64,000 nt of DNA from Chloroflexota bacterium (GTDB taxonomy: Bacteria > Chloroflexota > UBA11872 > VXOZ01). Made by a program: the position numbers and the translations under genes. Where the stretch lies: NCBI GenBank assembly GCA_965220175.1, contig OZ244814.1, positions 2,634,630 through 2,698,629 of the forward strand, in the 5' to 3' direction. Positions 49,135 through 57,775 of this stretch are shown in pieces. Under the pieces are notes generated by a model, which was not told the origin of the DNA, did not search any database, and saw only the letters and a list, made by a program, of their open reading frames with translations. Numbering within the stretch: the stretch's first letter is position 1; each line of letters opens with the position of its first letter.

Positions 49135-50481
49135 ATGCCCAAAGACCGCATGCTCAGCGTTGAAGAAGCGTTCGCGCGCATCGTCTCCCAGTTCTCCGTA
49201 CTTGAGGCGGAGACGGTTCCTCTGATGGATTCCCTCGGTCGCGTGCTGGCAGAGGATGTAGTCAGCGCCGAGGACGTTCCCGCGTTCGATAACTCGGCCA
49301 TGGACGGCTATGCCGTGCGTTTTGCCGATACGCAGACGGCGAGTGAGGGGCAGCCGGTGCACTTGCGGGTGGTCGGCGACCTGGCCGCCGGCGCCGTGCC
49401 GGACGCGCCGCTGGGATCCGGCGAGGCCGTGCGTATTATGACAGGCGCCCCGGTGCCACCGGGCAGCGACGCCGTGGTGCCGTTCGAGGATACCGACCGC
49501 ACGGATTGGGCGAAATTCGGCACGCCCCCCGGCGCGAGCGGCGATCCCGCCACCGTCGGCATTCTGCTGGCCCCTGAATTCCAGGACAACGTGCGCTTCC
49601 GTGCGGAAGACATCAAGACCGGCGAGACGGTGCTTACCCAGGGCAAGCGCATTCGCGCGGCGGAGATCGGCGTGATGGCTTCCCTCGGCAAGACCGAGGT
49701 GGCGGTCTACCGGCGGCCCGTGGTGGCTGTGATCCCCACCGGCGATGAGGTAATCGATATCGCTGAACCGCTGCAGCCCGGACAGGTCCGCAACAGCGCG
49801 GCCCATGCCTTGGAAGCGCTGGTAACCGTCTACGGCGGCATCCCGCGCCGCCTGCCGGTGGTCGGCGACTCCGTGGATGAGATTCGGCAGGCACTGCTTT
49901 CCTGCCATGACTGCGACCTCATCGTCACCATCGGCGGCGTTTCGATGGGCGATTACGACCTGGTGCGCAACGTGCTGGGCGCGGAAGGCGAAATTGACTT
50001 CTGGCGCATCCGCATGCGCCCCGGCAAGCCGCTGGCATTTGGTCACATCGAAGCAGTAGTCAGTGCGCACTCTTCCGTCATTCCCGCGAAAGCGGGAATC
50101 CATCTTTCATCCGATAGTCCAACCCGCCGCGTGCCCGTCGTCGGCCTGCCAGGCAATCCCGTCTCCGCTTATGTCACCTTTGAGGAATTCGTCCGTCCGG
50201 CGCTCCTCGTCATGCAGGGGCACACCCACCTCCACAAGACCACCGTCAAAGCCCGCTTCCTCGACAGCATGGAGAATCACGGGAGGCGCCAATTCGTGCG
50301 CGTCGTCGTGGAGCGCGACGACCACGGCTATACCGCGCGGCTCACCGGCGAGCAGGGCTCGCAACTGCTTACGTCCCTTGCCAAAGCCAATGGCCTCGCC
50401 ATCATCTCTGAGCACACAGATTATGTCGAGCCCGGCAGCGAGGTCACCGTGCAGATGCTCGACTGGCCGGAAGAGGGGTGA
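49135..50481 (+). CDS. moeA: Molybdopterin molybdotransferase with an in-frame repeat-derived insertion
   Basis: 'GRVLAEDV', 'SAMDGYAV', 'IMTGAPVP', 'TGDEV', 'GGVSMGDYD', 'RPGKP', 'GLPGNPVSA'. Confidence 0.95.
   Translation: MPKDRMLSVEEAFARIVSQFSVLEAETVPLMDSLGRVLAEDVVSAEDVPAFDNSAMDGYAVRFADTQTASEGQPVHLRVVGDLAAGAVPDAPLGSGEAVRIMTGAPVPPGSDAVVPFEDTDRTDWAKFGTPPGASGDPATVGILLAPEFQDNVRFRAEDIKTGETVLTQGKRIRAAEIGVMASLGKTEVAVYRRPVVAVIPTGDEVIDIAEPLQPGQVRNSAAHALEALVTVYGGIPRRLPVVGDSVDEIRQALLSCHDCDLIVTIGGVSMGDYDLVRNVLGAEGEIDFWRIRMRPGKPLAFGHIEAVVSAHSSVIPAKAGIHLSSDSPTRRVPVVGLPGNPVSAYVTFEEFVRPALLVMQGHTHLHKTTVKARFLDSMENHGRRQFVRVVVERDDHGYTARLTGEQGSQLLTSLAKANGLAIISEHTDYVEPGSEVTVQMLDWPEEG
50073..50106 (+). repeat. 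CGTC-tagged palindromic REP (dRS3-like) inside moeA
   Basis: TTCCGTCATTCCCGCGAAAGCGGGAATCCATCTT; 8-bp stem, GAAA loop; 34/34 identical to the reverse complement of 59793..59826. Confidence 0.9.
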
Positions 50482-50624
50482 TGAGGCAAGGCTGGGAGTG
50501 TTCCAGCGCGTGAGCTCTTGGGAATCACTGCTCGCTCGAAAGCCTTGTCGTTTGAAATTGTCTTCCTTCCCGGCAATTGGTACAGTTTGTAATGGCTATG
50601 GAAGCGCTCCCATGAAAGCGGAGA

Positions 50625-50876
50625 ATTGCAATAGCGGTATTCGATTCACACACAGGACGTATGAAGCACTGAAGGCGGGAGGCCTTTCAAATTCGCAGGC
50701 AAAGATCTTACATGATGCCCTACGGTGAATCGAACGAGTCGCTGGCAACCAAAGCAGACATAGTCGCCGTAAGGGCGGATCTCCGAGAGCTAGAGTTGCG
50801 CATGCGGCTGCATTTCTATGGGGTAGCCATTGTGGTAGTTGGCATCTTGGCTGCTTTGGAGTTGTTGCCGATCTAG
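50625..50876 (+). pseudogene. Decayed DUF1640/CCDC90-like coiled-coil membrane protein gene
   Basis: Three pieces in shifted frames: 'AVFDSH' / 'RTYEALKAGGLSNSQAKILHDAL' / 'NESLATKADIVAVRADLRELELRMRLHFYGVAIVVVGILAALELLPI*'; no ATG. Confidence 0.65.
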
Positions 50877-51028
50877 GCGCACTGAGACAACTGTATTGCA
50901 TTTCCCAGCGGCCCCGCGCGGTTGCACCGCTTGAAGCCCGTTGCAATTCTAAACCCCTCAGAGCATGGCGACGAAAGGGTGCAAACACACCCCGGCGTTC
51001 CGTGCAGCAAGGCGAGAAGAGGCTACAC

Positions 51029-51190
51029 ATGTTCATTCAGTGGATGTCGACCCTCAGCACCGCAGACACCGTGCTCTTCTTTATATCGCTCGTCTCGATT
51101 TTCCTCATGCTCGCCATCCCCTTCGCCCTGCTCTTCTCCGTCGCCATCATCGACGAAATCCTCTCCAACCGCCTCGACAGCCTGGAGTAG
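51029..51190 (+). CDS. Small (53 aa) hydrophobic membrane protein
   Basis: RBS-like GAAGAGG, strong C-ending codon bias, long hydrophobic segment. Confidence 0.5.
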   Translation: MFIQWMSTLSTADTVLFFISLVSIFLMLAIPFALLFSVAIIDEILSNRLDSLE

Positions 51191-51228
51191 CCCGTCGCTT
51201 GCCTCTTGGCTGCCTAGCTCCGATCCAT

Positions 51229-52974
51229 TTACGACGGCTCCAGGGAATCGTTTGCATTCAGGAAGTCTTGGGGGGCTGTAAAGGCATTTAAGAAGAGGGG
51301 AGTACCGGCAAACGAAAGAGGAGAAACTGGGCCAATGGTCATGAATGAGTACTCTCGAGAAGCTAGATCGAACGATGATTGCGGGTCACGGAAGAGTTGA
51401 TAAAGATCTAAGGCTTTGCTGCGGCCACCAACCAAATCACGCAGAGCCTGAAATTCACTACCCATCGACAGACCAAACCCGAAGAAGTAAATGCGCAATT
51501 GATCTGTAATTGCGCGGTCAAGACTCGACAGCGTTGGTGAAATAAACATCCAACCAACCCCATACTTTCGGGTTGTCCGCACCGAGTCTATGAAGATTCT
51601 CCGGACTTGCTTGATAGTCTCATTGTCCAGGCTTCCAGACGGGGCTAAACGATGTGCTTCATCCATTAGGACTAGCGTATTGAGACTTCTCTTATTGGCG
51701 TAAGCGTTCTCAGCAGAGACTCGAATTCCTTCCAAGAGCCGCCTAATGATAAGCGCCTGAATCGTTTCGTTCCAAAACAGACTTACGCTGCTTTGAGCGG
51801 CTAGGTCCACAATGATCAGAGGTCTGTCCTGGGGATTGAACAAGCTGTTCAGGATTGACCCCACCGATTGTGTTCCGGTTCGACTCTTGTCAAATAGGCC
51901 CGTGATCGGTTGCCAATACTCATAGAATTCATCGGGGTCAGCATCGACATACTGCGAATTGAAGCGCTTGCGAGCTTCAGCCCCTAGGTAGAAAAGTTCC
52001 TGCACACTTTCTTGGCCAAGAATGTCCCAAGCCTTATCGAAAGACTCTCGCTTGTGCAGGTCTGTCAGTTTGACCTTCTTCTTTTGCAAATTGTCACTCA
52101 AGACTCCGGCAGCTGCTTCTTGCTTCCCACCTTTAGAAACGCTGAGCTTATCAAAAAACGAGGACTCGCTAAGGACTTGGGCGAACAATTCCCACCTATC
52201 TAGAACTAGGTCCTTCACACTTATGACTCTTGTCGTTTTCTTGATCCCAGCCAAAGCTTCTCTGACCGGAAGCTGAAAACTCCCCATAGCTCCCGAACCC
52301 GAAACATCCTGCGAGAACTCGCCTTTCGGGTCTATTACCAGAATGCCCATACTCTTGTAACGGGCATAAGCCAGCATAATCATCTTGGCCAAGACTGACT
52401 TTCCTGATCCAGTCTTGCCAAATACCCCTAAGTGATAAGCCTCACCTGCTCCATCCGCGCCAGAATCAAAGTGCTTAAACCACAACGGTAGTCTAGGCGT
52501 AGATCCGTAGACGTGGCCTAAATAAAACAACTGCTCCTTATATGGCTCAAGCAAGACGTCCAGCACACTATCATCCACTAAGTGCACATTTGTGCCTGTA
52601 GCCGGGACAGTCCCCAGACTGCTAGGGCGGTACTTACCGTTCTGGTCAGCAAAGACTGCACTGACGCCCATTTCACCTTGGTGGGTATCCTGACGTTCGC
52701 TCACAGCATCGACCGTGCCACGCTGGCGAATCAAGCTCCGCATGGTTGGGTCTTCATGCCAGATGTTTCGCAGTGCTATCTCTGTGATCTGTCCGAGCGC
52801 ATAGTGATCAGAGTTATCCTGTAGGTAGCGAAACAAAGCCAGTTCGCCTACCAACTTCTTGTTGACCGCACTAGCCAAGATGTCAAGAGCAAGTTCCGAT
52901 GTAGAAGATGGGGAACCAATTACGCCTATTCTCTCGGACTGGTCAACCAACTGGCTCATTTCTTGATTCGGCAT
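51229..52974 (-). CDS. herA: HerA-like (FtsK/HerA superfamily) ATPase
   Basis: N-terminal HAS-barrel-like region ('IGVIGSPS...GQITEI'), Walker A GKTGSGKS, 'VIDPKGEF', Walker B 'LMDEAH', 'RTTRKYGVG' Arg-finger region; RBS GGAAGG. Confidence 0.88.
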   Translation of the reverse strand: MPNQEMSQLVDQSERIGVIGSPSSTSELALDILASAVNKKLVGELALFRYLQDNSDHYALGQITEIALRNIWHEDPTMRSLIRQRGTVDAVSERQDTHQGEMGVSAVFADQNGKYRPSSLGTVPATGTNVHLVDDSVLDVLLEPYKEQLFYLGHVYGSTPRLPLWFKHFDSGADGAGEAYHLGVFGKTGSGKSVLAKMIMLAYARYKSMGILVIDPKGEFSQDVSGSGAMGSFQLPVREALAGIKKTTRVISVKDLVLDRWELFAQVLSESSFFDKLSVSKGGKQEAAAGVLSDNLQKKKVKLTDLHKRESFDKAWDILGQESVQELFYLGAEARKRFNSQYVDADPDEFYEYWQPITGLFDKSRTGTQSVGSILNSLFNPQDRPLIIVDLAAQSSVSLFWNETIQALIIRRLLEGIRVSAENAYANKRSLNTLVLMDEAHRLAPSGSLDNETIKQVRRIFIDSVRTTRKYGVGWMFISPTLSSLDRAITDQLRIYFFGFGLSMGSEFQALRDLVGGRSKALDLYQLFRDPQSSFDLASREYSFMTIGPVSPLSFAGTPLFLNAFTAPQDFLNANDSLEPS

Positions 52975-52976
52975 TG

Positions 52977-54149
52977 CTACCTTCCTGCCTCCGTCCGATA
53001 GCTATGAAGGCCAACAAACACATCATCGATGTTACCCTGATAGTCCTCTGCTAGATACTGGCTGGCAATTTGGCGAAATGCAGGAACAGCTTGGGGCAAG
53101 TGCTTCACCATCCTGTCCGCCAGATAGAGTGGGTACGGCTCCATGATGGCCGCCGTGCCACACTGATCCTTGATGCCCTGAAATGCTATGCTCAAACGAC
53201 CTTGATTGTCGGCAATTGCTCGGCTCATCTCCAACCGCAAAGCTGGCATGTAGGAGTGGGGCCGATAATAGAGAACATAGATGTCACCCAAGAGGTTAGT
53301 GACTTGGTCAACCAATTTGCTGATTTCATCCCGTTCAGCATTTTCGACAATCCCATCGGCTACTGAAGTGTCGATGTGCCATGGCTGGGAAGGCGGCAAT
53401 AGTTGAGTGGGTGACGTGTATTCACCTGCTTCCAAGATTGAGCTAAGCAGCCCGCGATCATCATAAGACTTGGGCCAGTTCAATTGGCCCCCAATTTCTC
53501 GACGGGTAGTGTATTTTGGCACTGCTATCCACTGACGGTCATTACGCTGGGCTGTTAGCACAGAACAGTAAGCTTCCAAGAAAGGCCTAATCTTCTTAAT
53601 CAGATAGTCTTCAACGGTCTTGAGGTTAGGATACTCTTTAGCTTTATTGAATCCTTGATTGAAGTAAATGGCCGGCGTGGTAAATGAACCATCCAAGAGA
53701 ACAAGCTCATGAGGGGCGTTCGCGGCCAGTAGCAACTCCATCCCAATCATCCCTGCGCGCAAAACAGACCCTGTATCAGGACTATGAGGTTCAGTCTCGA
53801 CATGCACAAAGTGGTTGGGCTCGGGCCAGAACCGCTTCTCAGAAGGGGGCGTCAAACCTTCAACCGCTACTGCGCCTGCCACGACCAGATCTGTGGCGAG
53901 CAATCTTTCAACAGCATAGGAACCGTCAACTCCACATGTGGTAGGGCTCTGCACTCGTGGCAGAGTGGAGTCTCGTCTTGCTTTGCCAGAGTCAACAAGC
54001 TGGTCCCGCCACACTTGCCTTTTCTCGCGCAACTCCTCAAAGGAGTCCAGCAGTTCCTTCCCTACCCCCTTTGTTCGGTTTAGAACCTCATCGACAAGTG
54101 ATTTTGGCAGTTCCCTAAAGCTAGACTGTTCGTCCAATGTCTTCTCCAT
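52977..54149 (-). CDS. nurA: NurA-like nuclease (RNase H fold)
   Basis: 'GVDGS', conserved E ('MIGMEL'), 'LLDGS', 'AVPK', C-terminal 'EPYPLYLAD..VK'; start ATG 54149 or TTG 54137, overlapping the upstream gene. Confidence 0.8.
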   Translation of the reverse strand: MEKTLDEQSSFRELPKSLVDEVLNRTKGVGKELLDSFEELREKRQVWRDQLVDSGKARRDSTLPRVQSPTTCGVDGSYAVERLLATDLVVAGAVAVEGLTPPSEKRFWPEPNHFVHVETEPHSPDTGSVLRAGMIGMELLLAANAPHELVLLDGSFTTPAIYFNQGFNKAKEYPNLKTVEDYLIKKIRPFLEAYCSVLTAQRNDRQWIAVPKYTTRREIGGQLNWPKSYDDRGLLSSILEAGEYTSPTQLLPPSQPWHIDTSVADGIVENAERDEISKLVDQVTNLLGDIYVLYYRPHSYMPALRLEMSRAIADNQGRLSIAFQGIKDQCGTAAIMEPYPLYLADRMVKHLPQAVPAFRQIASQYLAEDYQGNIDDVFVGLHSYRTEAGR

Positions 54150-55299
54150 CCGACCACAACTGCAACTCTTGAGGATTCCAGTCAAGATGCCGTTTCTCTC
54201 GCCGACTGCGTGGCATCAGCCATCTGTTACGATACCAATCGAAGAGTTTGTCTACAGGTTGATCAAAGTATTCCAGCTTCGAGGCACCGCCACCTAGGAA
54301 TTGACGAGCATTTTCTGCTAACGGAGAAATGAAAATCTCGCGATTAATTCCGTGATTCTGCCACTCCTGCGGCAATCCCAATGCAGTGAGCACCTTTTGA
54401 AGGACTTCTCTTCTGTTCCTAAATCCATTTCCCCATGATTCATGCTTAGCAGTGGCTCTTGAATTAGATCTAGCAAACTTCACCATAGAGTCGTAAATTC
54501 CGTTGGAAACGTGGAATTCACCATACCCTTGAGTGAACCCTACCGACCTGAACACTAATCGATCATTGAATCTCAAGCGGTTATAGAGTGACGACCTACC
54601 CAGGGCAGAGGTAGTGGTAACCAATGCAATCTGGCCGGGTAGCTCTCTTTGCTGGATCAAGGATGCCCTTCGTTCATATTTGGCCCTGAATGCTTCACGT
54701 ACTTCATTGCTCACGGCCAACAAAGCAATAAGCTTGCCTCCTAGCAAGAAAGAGTACGGCGGAACCGCCCCCAACACATAGGCGTCTACAACATGGTGAA
54801 GCCTCTCCATTCGACCTTCTTTTTCCCAACCGATCCACTGGTCCCGTTTCCTTAGACTAAAGACTGGATCACCTAAACCGAATAGGCCCATTAGCTTGTT
54901 CGAGTTTTGATCCACTACAAGAAATCTCAATCTTCGCCCATATCCCGAAGACACCGGAATGCTCCAGTGTAAACTCGCATAGCGGAATAAGAGCTCGTCA
55001 CTTGAATTCGGATGGACTTCGACCAGTTTGGGGTAGATCTTATCGATATCAATTTCTCTCCCAAAAGCAAAACGTCGCAAAAGTGAGGATTCGTGTTTGA
55101 GAAGTCCCTTTTTGCGCTGAATCAGCTTTTGGTGAACCGCTTCGGCGTGCAGGGATCTTATCGTGTCCTTATTCAAGTCATTAGGCAGGTAGAACCGATT
55201 GTCCCGCAACACAAAACCTTGCTTCTCAAATGACGCCAAAATGCGAGCTTTGAGGTGTTCTGGGTCATTCTCTTCAGTGATGTCAGGGTCAGTCGACAA
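54121..55299 (-). CDS. druA: DUF4338 / Druantia DruA-like protein
   Basis: 'WSIPVSSGYGRRLRFLV.D', 'GLGDPVF...RD.WIGW', 'GAVPPYS.LLGGKL.ALL', 'TTSALGRSSLYNR' match my recollection of DUF4338/DruA proteins; about 390 aa. Confidence 0.8.
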   Translation of the reverse strand: MSTDPDITEENDPEHLKARILASFEKQGFVLRDNRFYLPNDLNKDTIRSLHAEAVHQKLIQRKKGLLKHESSLLRRFAFGREIDIDKIYPKLVEVHPNSSDELLFRYASLHWSIPVSSGYGRRLRFLVVDQNSNKLMGLFGLGDPVFSLRKRDQWIGWEKEGRMERLHHVVDAYVLGAVPPYSFLLGGKLIALLAVSNEVREAFRAKYERRASLIQQRELPGQIALVTTTSALGRSSLYNRLRFNDRLVFRSVGFTQGYGEFHVSNGIYDSMVKFARSNSRATAKHESWGNGFRNRREVLQKVLTALGLPQEWQNHGINREIFISPLAENARQFLGGGASKLEYFDQPVDKLFDWYRNRWLMPRSRREKRHLDWNPQELQLWSDGEDIGRTV

Positions 55300-55497
55300 T
55301 TGCCAGTCTCGTTCTGCACTCGGTCTTTCCTAGATCATATCCATTATATGGCAAGACTTGGACATACATCTGACGATAGCAAGAACCTTCTCGAATGCAT
55401 TGGCACCTATTCACCAATCGTGCGAGAACACAATGCCGAGCGACGCCAGCAGAAGATACTGCCAGCGCCGCTGCGTGACTTGGTGGCCTACAGTACC

Positions 55498-57432
55498 CTA
55501 CTGATCCAACCTGTACAAGTACCGGATATCCCACAGCCCGTACAGCGTCGGGGTGGTGTTGCCGAAGATGTTGCGGGTGGCGGTGAGGCGTTCGCCTTGG
55601 GTGGTGTAGATCAGGGGCAGGTTTTCGGCGACGATGGCCTGGGCCTGGTGGTAGAGTGCCACGCGCTTGGCGTGGTCGAGTTCCTGGCTGGCCTGGATGT
55701 AGAGCTCGTCGATCGCGGCCTCCCAATCGGTAGCGGGTTCGGGCTGGCTGGGGTGCCAGAGGTGCAGGAATTCGCTGCTGTGCCAGACTGCGATGCCGCT
55801 ATACGGGTCCGTGCCGCCGGTGAGACCGATGACGATGGCCTCCCAATCGTAGGTGGCGGTCAACTGGTTCACGAGCTCGCCGAATTCGATTGACTCATAG
55901 TTGGCTTTGATGCCCGCTGCCAGCAAGCCGGCGGCAATACGTTGGGAGATGGCCGCGCGCACGCTATTATCACCATTCGTCGCCAGCGTGAACTCGATGG
56001 TGTTGCCGTCTTTGTCCTCGCGGATGCCGTCGCCGTTGGTGTCCACCCAGCCGAGCTCATCCAGGATTTGCTTGGCCGCGGCGATGTCGTAAGGGTAGCG
56101 GCGCACACCGGGATTATGGAAGTCGCCGGCCGCCGGACTCACGGACGACCACTGTGGATAGCCGAGCCCATGCTGGATCTCCGCAACAATCGCGGCCTTG
56201 TCAACGGTGTGGGCAATCGCCCGGCGAAACTGCGTGTTTTGGAACCACGCCAGCTTTTCCGGCGCAACATACGGCGCACCGGTCTCGGCGTTTGATCCCG
56301 GATTCATGTTGAAGGTGAGGAACGACGTCCCGAAGCCGGGTCCGCGCCGGTGGATAGTGTAATTCCCCTCGACTTCGAACGGCTTCAGGTGTTCGTACTC
56401 TTCACCCAAGACCCCATGGACGTCGGTCTGGCCGGCCTGGAACATCTCCAGCTCGGTCTCGAAGTCCTCCACGATGTGGTAGACGATGGTGTCCAGGTAC
56501 GGCAGGGAATTGCCGGCGGCATCCTTGAGCCAGTAACTCGGATTGCGCCGCAGCACCAGCAGCTCTTCAGTGTCGTAGCGCTCAATCGTGAAGGGTCCGG
56601 TGCCGACAATTTCCTGTGGGTCGGTCTCGATGTCCCACACGGAGTCAAACGTGCCGTCGTTAATGTACGACTCGAGAATGTGCTTTGGATAGATCGCCTG
56701 GCCCATGGAGCGCAAGAACGGGGCAAATGACACCGGCAGGACGAACTCAACCGTGTATTCATCCAGCGTGCGCACGGTCATGCGGCCTTCCGTCCACTCG
56801 CCACTCTCCGCGTCGATGTAGCGGAACGTAAAGGCGGCGCGATCATTGGTGGGAATGTCGTCGTTGTAGATAATGCGGTTGAAGGTGAATTCAACATCGT
56901 GGGCCGTAAAGGGTTCACCGTCATGCCACGTCACGTCTTGGCGCAGGTGAAACGTCCAGGTCAAGCCGTCCTCAGAGTGCTCCCAAGACTCCGCCAAGGC
57001 CGGTTCCACCTCATTGGTCAGCCACGAAGTCTCGGTGAGGCCCTCGAAAAGATAGCTGAGGTACCCGGATGACGAAGCATCATTGGCAAGCGCCAGGTTG
57101 AAGGTCAGCGGTTCACCGATAGTGGAGTACGTAATTTGCCCACCCGGCTTGCCAATGGCGTACGCAAAGGCTGAGGCATTGTCCTGAAGATCGGCGACAA
57201 TCGTCTCATAGTCGCGGACAACGTCGGGTTGCTCCTGGGCGGGCTCCTCTCTGGGTTCAACTGTGGTGACTACGCCACACGAAGAGAGCAGGAGCACGGC
57301 GACGATTGCCAACAGGCCGAGCACGAAACCGAGCGGCCCTAGAGCAGCCTGTACACTGCCGCCTGCCTTTGTGGCTAGAGCATCGTCCTGGCTCCGCGCC
57401 GCCTGTAGCGCTACATCCCGGTGAAATCGCAT
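55498..57432 (-). CDS. ABC transporter substrate-binding lipoprotein, family 5 (peptide/nickel)
   Basis: Lipobox LLSS-C, 'LFEGL', 'PALAESWE.S.DG.TWTFHLR..V.WHDG.PFTA.DV.FT', 'GTGPF'; RBS GGAGGGAG. Confidence 0.92.
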   Translation of the reverse strand: MRFHRDVALQAARSQDDALATKAGGSVQAALGPLGFVLGLLAIVAVLLLSSCGVVTTVEPREEPAQEQPDVVRDYETIVADLQDNASAFAYAIGKPGGQITYSTIGEPLTFNLALANDASSSGYLSYLFEGLTETSWLTNEVEPALAESWEHSEDGLTWTFHLRQDVTWHDGEPFTAHDVEFTFNRIIYNDDIPTNDRAAFTFRYIDAESGEWTEGRMTVRTLDEYTVEFVLPVSFAPFLRSMGQAIYPKHILESYINDGTFDSVWDIETDPQEIVGTGPFTIERYDTEELLVLRRNPSYWLKDAAGNSLPYLDTIVYHIVEDFETELEMFQAGQTDVHGVLGEEYEHLKPFEVEGNYTIHRRGPGFGTSFLTFNMNPGSNAETGAPYVAPEKLAWFQNTQFRRAIAHTVDKAAIVAEIQHGLGYPQWSSVSPAAGDFHNPGVRRYPYDIAAAKQILDELGWVDTNGDGIREDKDGNTIEFTLATNGDNSVRAAISQRIAAGLLAAGIKANYESIEFGELVNQLTATYDWEAIVIGLTGGTDPYSGIAVWHSSEFLHLWHPSQPEPATDWEAAIDELYIQASQELDHAKRVALYHQAQAIVAENLPLIYTTQGERLTATRNIFGNTTPTLYGLWDIRYLYRLDQ

Positions 57433-57775
57433 ACTGCTCCCTCCTTGGTAGAGTAACAAGAATACGCCGTTTTCCACTCGGATCAGATTGCAATCGTTCA
57501 CGGTGAGAGTGCAGGTTTCCGGCGGCATTTCGCTGCGCCGGAGTGCGTCAGCTACCTCCACTCAGACCCATTGCTCCAGTAATTTCACTGTAGCACTTTG
57601 GCGGTCCACCGAGTGTAGCCCTGCTTACACTCGCACGCTTGGGCTGCGCTGTGCGGGACACCCATAAGCCGACTAGCTACGAGCGCCGTATGTCATCATG
57701 CGGTGGCCGCAGCCGCTGAACACTATCCGTAGAGTGTGCCGCTGGCCCCTCTCATTCGGGCGGAAGGTCCGGCGC

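Noticed and set aside
49045-50103. Antisense ORF beginning MDSRFRGND
   Set aside because: That peptide is simply the reverse-strand translation of the REP palindrome, not a gene start.
51229-55299. Calling the operon a Druantia system
   Set aside because: The defining DruE helicase and DruB-D genes are absent from the window.
55343-55348. Minus-strand TATAAT upstream of druA as a full promoter
   Set aside because: No convincing -35 at 16-18 bp spacing.
57433-57775. Riboswitch upstream of the SBP gene
   Set aside because: Only short hairpins are present; no match to riboswitch consensus motifs that I recognise.
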